From contig PAWM01000020.1 in assembly GCA_002714185.1 (NCBI GenBank), positions 11,666 through 75,665 on the forward strand: a stretch of 64,000 nucleotides of DNA. Reading direction: 5' to 3'. This document shows positions 59,951 through 64,000 of the stretch, piece after piece. This DNA comes from Flavobacteriales bacterium. GTDB lineage: Bacteria > Bacteroidota > Bacteroidia > Flavobacteriales > TMED113. Below the pieces are notes generated by a model. The model saw nothing but the letters and a program-made list of their open reading frames with translations, made no database searches and was not told where the DNA came from. Position 1 is the first letter of the stretch; each line of letters begins with the position of its first letter. A program made the translations under genes and the position numbers.

Positions 59951-60849
59951 AATATATATATTTTGTATTATTATTAATTTCATGTTCATTGTTTTCACAA
60001 AGTCTTATAATTGAAACTGATACAAATTTTTTACGTATTGGTGAACAATTTGATTTAAAATTAAAGGTTTATGATGTCGAAAAAGAAAATATTATTTGGC
60101 CCTTGGGAGATTCAGTTTTAAATGATTTTGATTTAATTAATGAAGAGTCATCTTTGTTGTTTTTTCAAAGTGATACTTATGTGTACAAAAATTATCTTTT
60201 AACTTCATTCGATACTGGTAAATTTATTATTGATAGTATATATGTGTTAAATCAATTAAATGATACTCTATTTTCTAATTCTTTAATTATGAATTTTATT
60301 GCAATGCCTTTAGATTCAACGGATAAGTTTTTTGATATAAAGCCACCAAAAAAAATACCCTTTTTAACTCGAGAATTATTATATTATTTACCATACTTTT
60401 TACTATTTTTATTTTTATGTATTTGTATATATACTTATGTTAAGTTTTTTAATCAAAAGCCAGTTCAAAATAATGATTTTCTTACTCCATCTATTCCAAT
60501 CGATGTGTATTTTTTAAATAAATTAAGTGATTTGAAAAAAAAGAAATATCTAGAAAGTAAAAAATATAAAGATTTTTACACTGAACTATCTGAAATCTTT
60601 AGAGGGTACTTAGAGTTAAGGTTTAATATTTCTGCTTTAGAATCAACTTCCTATGAACTAAAGAATATGTTAAATGATTTAAATATAAAAGAGCAATGGT
60701 TTACTAATTTTTTCAGAAATAATGATATTGTCAAATTTGCAAAAGGTATACCTCCTTTAAAAGAGAGTAAAGATTTTTTAACTAGTGTTCAATTATTCAT
60801 TAAATCAAATGGTGCAGGTGATCTTGATAATATAAACAATAAAGAATAA
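59947..60849 (+). CDS. Bat-operon membrane protein (hypothetical; signal peptide plus one TM helix)
   Basis: 300-aa ORF. Its position between DUF58 and batA matches the third gene of the Bacteroides Bat operon. TM segment LLYYLPYFLLFLFLCICIYTYV. Confidence 0.5.
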   Translation: MKYIYFVLLLISCSLFSQSLIIETDTNFLRIGEQFDLKLKVYDVEKENIIWPLGDSVLNDFDLINEESSLLFFQSDTYVYKNYLLTSFDTGKFIIDSIYVLNQLNDTLFSNSLIMNFIAMPLDSTDKFFDIKPPKKIPFLTRELLYYLPYFLLFLFLCICIYTYVKFFNQKPVQNNDFLTPSIPIDVYFLNKLSDLKKKKYLESKKYKDFYTELSEIFRGYLELRFNISALESTSYELKNMLNDLNIKEQWFTNFFRNNDIVKFAKGIPPLKESKDFLTSVQLFIKSNGAGDLDNINNKE

Positions 60850-60859
60850 ATACCATTAT

Positions 60860-61840
60860 ATGAATTTTTTACATCCTCTTTTTTTCTGGTTATTATTATT
60901 GATACCAATTTTAATTGTATTCTATTTTTTTAAGGGAAAAAATCAATTTTCAAGTATTTTATTTACTATTCCAACTAAAATGTCATTTGGAATCAAAGCA
61001 AAACTATATCCTTTATTATTTATATTTCGTCTATTAACTATTATATTTCTTGTTTTTGCTTTAGCAAGACCTCAATCGACAGAAGTAAGTAGTGATACAC
61101 TAAAAAAAGAAGGTATAGATATTATGATTGCAATGGATATTTCTAGTAGTATGTTAGCTGAAGATTTCAAGCCTAACAGACTAGAATCTGCAAAAGAGTT
61201 AGCGATTGAATTTATAAACAGGAGAAAAAATGACAGGATTGGTTTAGTTACATATGCCTCTGTTAGTTTTACTCAATGTCCTTTAACTACTGATCATGAT
61301 ATTTTAATTAATATGATGAATGAAGTTAAAACAGGAATTTTAACAGATGGAACTGCAATTGGTGTTGGATTATCCAATTGTATTAACAGATTAAAGGATA
61401 GTAAAGCTGATAGTAAAATAATTATTTTACTTACTGATGGTGAGAATAATAGTGGTGTTATTGATCCAATTAGTGCAGCAAACATTGCTAGAAAATATAA
61501 TATAAAAACTTATACTATTGGAGTTGGATCTTATGGGACAGCTCCTTATCCAGGCGAAGATGTATTTGGTCGACCAACATATTATAATGTTCCCTCTAAT
61601 ATTGATGAAGATATGTTAACATTAGTTGCAGATACAACTGGGGGAGTATATTTTAGAGCAGATAAAAAAAGTAAATTAGCTCAAATTTATGAAGAAATTG
61701 AGTTGCTTGAAAAAACTGAAATAGAAGAGATTAAATATTATAATGTAACAGAAAAGTATTTTGTATTTTGTCTAATTGCATTTTTATTATTTATTATTGA
61801 GTTGTTATTAGATTATACTATTTTTAGAAAAGTTGTGTAG
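60860..61840 (+). CDS. batA: VWA-domain membrane protein BatA
   Basis: 326-aa ORF. N-terminal TM pair, MIDAS IDIMIAMDISSSM, LLTDGENNSG, C-terminal TM. Confidence 0.8.
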   Translation: MNFLHPLFFWLLLLIPILIVFYFFKGKNQFSSILFTIPTKMSFGIKAKLYPLLFIFRLLTIIFLVFALARPQSTEVSSDTLKKEGIDIMIAMDISSSMLAEDFKPNRLESAKELAIEFINRRKNDRIGLVTYASVSFTQCPLTTDHDILINMMNEVKTGILTDGTAIGVGLSNCINRLKDSKADSKIIILLTDGENNSGVIDPISAANIARKYNIKTYTIGVGSYGTAPYPGEDVFGRPTYYNVPSNIDEDMLTLVADTTGGVYFRADKKSKLAQIYEEIELLEKTEIEEIKYYNVTEKYFVFCLIAFLLFIIELLLDYTIFRKVV

Positions 61841-62853
61841 TGGATTTTGCAAAACCTGAATTATTAAATCTTTTTTTTGGAATACTTGTCTTAACTCTTG
61901 TATTTTACATTTATTTTATTTGGCAAAGAGATATAGTAAACAATCAATTTAACAAAGATATCTTTAAAAAGATAAATCCTAATTATAGTAGTATTTTAAA
62001 AATAATACATTTTATAATTAGGTTAATTATTGTTTGTTTATTGATTTTTGCACTGGCAGGCCCAAGATTAGGCTCAAAACTAAAAACTGTGACAAGAGAG
62101 GGAGTAGATGTAGTATTTGCTTTAGACATATCAAAAAGTATGTTGGTTGAAGATGTTGCTCCAAATAGACTATTAAAAAGTATACAAATTATATCAAAAG
62201 CAATTGATGATTTAGTTTCTGATAGGATAGGTATTATAGTATATGCTGGCGAAGCATTACCATTAATGCCTCTGTCTTTGGATTATTCTATGGCTAAATT
62301 ATTAATTAAAAGTATTGATACTGATATGTTGCAGCTTCAAGGAACAGATGTTTCAAGTGCAATTTCATTATCAAATTCATTTTTTGATAATGATGAAAGA
62401 AGTAAAATTATTTATATTATCTCGGATGGTGAAGAACACGAAGGGGATTATCAGGAAGAAATTACAGGTTTAGTTGAGAAAAATACAGTAATTTGTGCAA
62501 TTAATATTGGTACTCAAGCAGGTGGTCCAATACCGGTAAAGAATGTACAAAAATTATATTATAAGAAAAATAAAAATGGAGATGTTGTGATTTCTAAATC
62601 AAGCTCAGAAGCTTTACAGTCAATTTCTTCATTTTGCAACGGTTCATTTATAAAGACTAACAATACAAGTGATGCAGTAGAGTTTATATTTAATAATATG
62701 AAAAATTTGGATAAGTCAATTGAAGATGAAGAAGTTTATTCAGATTATGAAGATCAATTTCAATGGTTTTTAGCTTTTGCTTTATTCTTTCTATTGATAG
62801 ACTTGATATTAACTCAAAAGAAAATTAATTTTATTAGAAAAATAATTAAATAA
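61840..62853 (+). CDS. batB: VWA-domain membrane protein BatB
   Basis: 337-aa ORF. GTG start overlaps the batA TAG by 1 nt. MIDAS VDVVFALDISKSM, IISDGEEHEG, C-terminal TM. Confidence 0.8.
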   Translation: MDFAKPELLNLFFGILVLTLVFYIYFIWQRDIVNNQFNKDIFKKINPNYSSILKIIHFIIRLIIVCLLIFALAGPRLGSKLKTVTREGVDVVFALDISKSMLVEDVAPNRLLKSIQIISKAIDDLVSDRIGIIVYAGEALPLMPLSLDYSMAKLLIKSIDTDMLQLQGTDVSSAISLSNSFFDNDERSKIIYIISDGEEHEGDYQEEITGLVEKNTVICAINIGTQAGGPIPVKNVQKLYYKKNKNGDVVISKSSSEALQSISSFCNGSFIKTNNTSDAVEFIFNNMKNLDKSIEDEEVYSDYEDQFQWFLAFALFFLLIDLILTQKKINFIRKIIK

Positions 62854-63608
62854 TGATTAAAAGTGTTTTTTTCTTTTTTCTTTTGCTTTCTCTTTTTGTT
62901 TTCTCACAAAATGAGAGAAGTATTGCTAGAGACGGAAATGAAAATTATAATAATAGTCTTTTTGCAGAATCAGAAGTGCAATATAGAAAGTCATTATCTC
63001 ATGATAAAAACTTTGAAGAAGCGAAATTTAATTTAGCTGCTACTTTATTTAAACAAGATAGATATGATGAATCTTTAAGTGTTTTAAATGATTTAATTTT
63101 AAATACAGAAAATATAATTACTAAATCTGAGGCTTATTATAATATTGGAAATAATTTTTTAAAACAACAAAAATTAGAAGAAGCTATTTCTTCATATAAA
63201 GATTGTCTACGTATCAATCCCGCTGATGAACAAGCAAGATATAATTTATCTAAAGCTATGTCATTATTAGAGAATCAACCACAGCAAAATGATCAAAATC
63301 AACAAAATGATCAAAATCAACAAAATGAAGAAGAGAAAAAAGAGCAAAACTCTGGTGAAACAGATGGTGAAAATGATGACAATAATAAAGATAATGAAAC
63401 TGATAATCAAAATAATGGGAATAATGAAGATAGAGATAATGATGATTCAAAAAATAATCAGGAGTCAAAAATAGATGGTGATAATTTGTCAAAGAAGGAA
63501 ATTGAAAGAATATTAGATGCTTTGGAAAGAGAGGAACAGAAAGTTCAAGAAGAGATGCGAAAGTTAAAAATCAACACATCTAATAAAAATATAGAAAAAG
63601 ATTGGTGA
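62853..63608 (+). CDS. batC: TPR protein BatC with D/N/Q/E-rich low-complexity segment
   Basis: 251-aa ORF. Signal/TM segment and TPR units (AYYNIGNNFLKQQKLEEAISSYKDCLRINPADEQARYNL). Position after batB. Confidence 0.7.
   Translation: MIKSVFFFFLLLSLFVFSQNERSIARDGNENYNNSLFAESEVQYRKSLSHDKNFEEAKFNLAATLFKQDRYDESLSVLNDLILNTENIITKSEAYYNIGNNFLKQQKLEEAISSYKDCLRINPADEQARYNLSKAMSLLENQPQQNDQNQQNDQNQQNEEEKKEQNSGETDGENDDNNKDNETDNQNNGNNEDRDNDDSKNNQESKIDGDNLSKKEIERILDALEREEQKVQEEMRKLKINTSNKNIEKDW
63285..63328 (+). repeat. Tandem 18-nt repeat CAAAATGATCAAAATCAA (2 full copies plus a partial) encoding QNDQNQ units in batC
   Basis: Read directly: 63285-63302 and 63303-63320 are identical; 63321-63328 repeats the first 8 nt. 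Confidence 0.7.
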
Positions 63609-63610
63609 TT

Positions 63611-64000
63611 ATGAGATTATATTTTACTTTAATATTATTATATGTAACTCCTTTTTTATTTTCACAAAATCTTGAAGTTAAGGTTGACCAAAGAAAAGTT
63701 GGTTTACATGAAAGTTTTAAAATATCTTTTGTGTTGGATGATAGTGGTAAAAACTTTTCCCCTCCAGCTTTTACAGACTTCCAAATAGTTAGAGGACCTA
63801 GTCAGTCTACAAGTACTTCAATTGTGAATGGTGATTTTAGTCAAGAAACTGTTTATTCATATATTTTAAAGCCTAAAAAAACAGGAATGTTTACAATTCT
63901 TCCGGCTACCATTGAAGTTAAAAGAAAGACTATTGGTAGTAAGCCAATTACAATTCAGGTTGTTAAAGGGAGTGTGCCTAAAAAACCAAATACACCCCAA
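63611..64000 (+). CDS. batD: BatD-like oxygen-tolerance protein, N-terminal part (runs off the right edge)
   Basis: ATG at 63611 opens a frame reading MRLYFTLILLYVTPFLFSQNLEVKVDQRKVGLHESFKISFVLDD...FTILPATIEVKRKTIGSKPITIQV. Not in the ORF track because it is not stop-bounded. Position after batC. Confidence 0.65.
   Translation, partial: MRLYFTLILLYVTPFLFSQNLEVKVDQRKVGLHESFKISFVLDDSGKNFSPPAFTDFQIVRGPSQSTSTSIVNGDFSQETVYSYILKPKKTGMFTILPATIEVKRKTIGSKPITIQVVKGSVPKKPNTPQ

Noticed and set aside
63256-63492. Overlapping ORFs on both strands (63256-63492 minus, 63289-63474 plus) in the batC low-complexity region
   Set aside because: They are artefacts of the stop-free A/G/T-rich repeat sequence. The batC frame is continuous with TPR and C-terminal segments on either side.
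1-64000. Mobile elements, prophage, CRISPR arrays or defence islands
   Set aside because: I saw no transposase, integrase or Cas-like ORFs, no spaced direct-repeat array, no flanking tRNA or att-like repeats, and no block of atypical composition. The window reads as core chromosome.

Overview
The window is visibly AT-rich and very gene-dense; I estimate well over 90% coding but did not compute it. It looks like core chromosome of a streamlined Flavobacteriia (Bacteroidota) genome. The lineage call rests on several T9SS C-terminal sorting domains, a SprB repeat, the MoxR-DUF58-BatA-BatB-BatC-BatD operon, and flavobacterial gene orders (gyrA-TPR, ribH-TPR-recF-DUF721).

Most genes are housekeeping: clpC (partial, missing from the ORF track), gyrA, mtaB, pdxH, fmt, queE, ribH, recF, ndk, uvrA, rfbC, panB, dnaK, dnaA, ribD, prmC, ligA and dapA. 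I found no tRNA or rRNA genes, CRISPR array, transposase, integrase or obvious defence island. Genes are packed with 1-23 nt overlaps, and convergent genes often share palindromic stop codons.

I see no convincing new multi-gene system. The observations most worth a second look are:
- Two conserved genes are each broken by a one-base excess in a long homopolymer: essential ligA at an A13 tract, and an OmpA/TolB-like gene at a T9 tract. Many other tracts of 9-10 nt sit in intact genes.
- A SusD-less TonB-dependent receptor operon pairs the receptor with an esterase-fold protein whose catalytic motifs look degenerate and with a FAS1 T9SS cargo protein. A PhoD-like protein with degenerate metal-ligand motifs lies next to it.
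- A cluster of TGTCA/TGACA sites, including a perfect TTGTCATA-N16-TATGACAA inverted repeat, lies upstream of dnaK.
- A 390-bp intergenic island (5569-5959) holds a 48-aa ORF, a local GC-rich patch and repeats, and could encode an RNA.
- Gene-strand polarity switches next to dnaA, which may mark the origin neighbourhood.

All functional calls come from motif recognition by eye. No searches were run.
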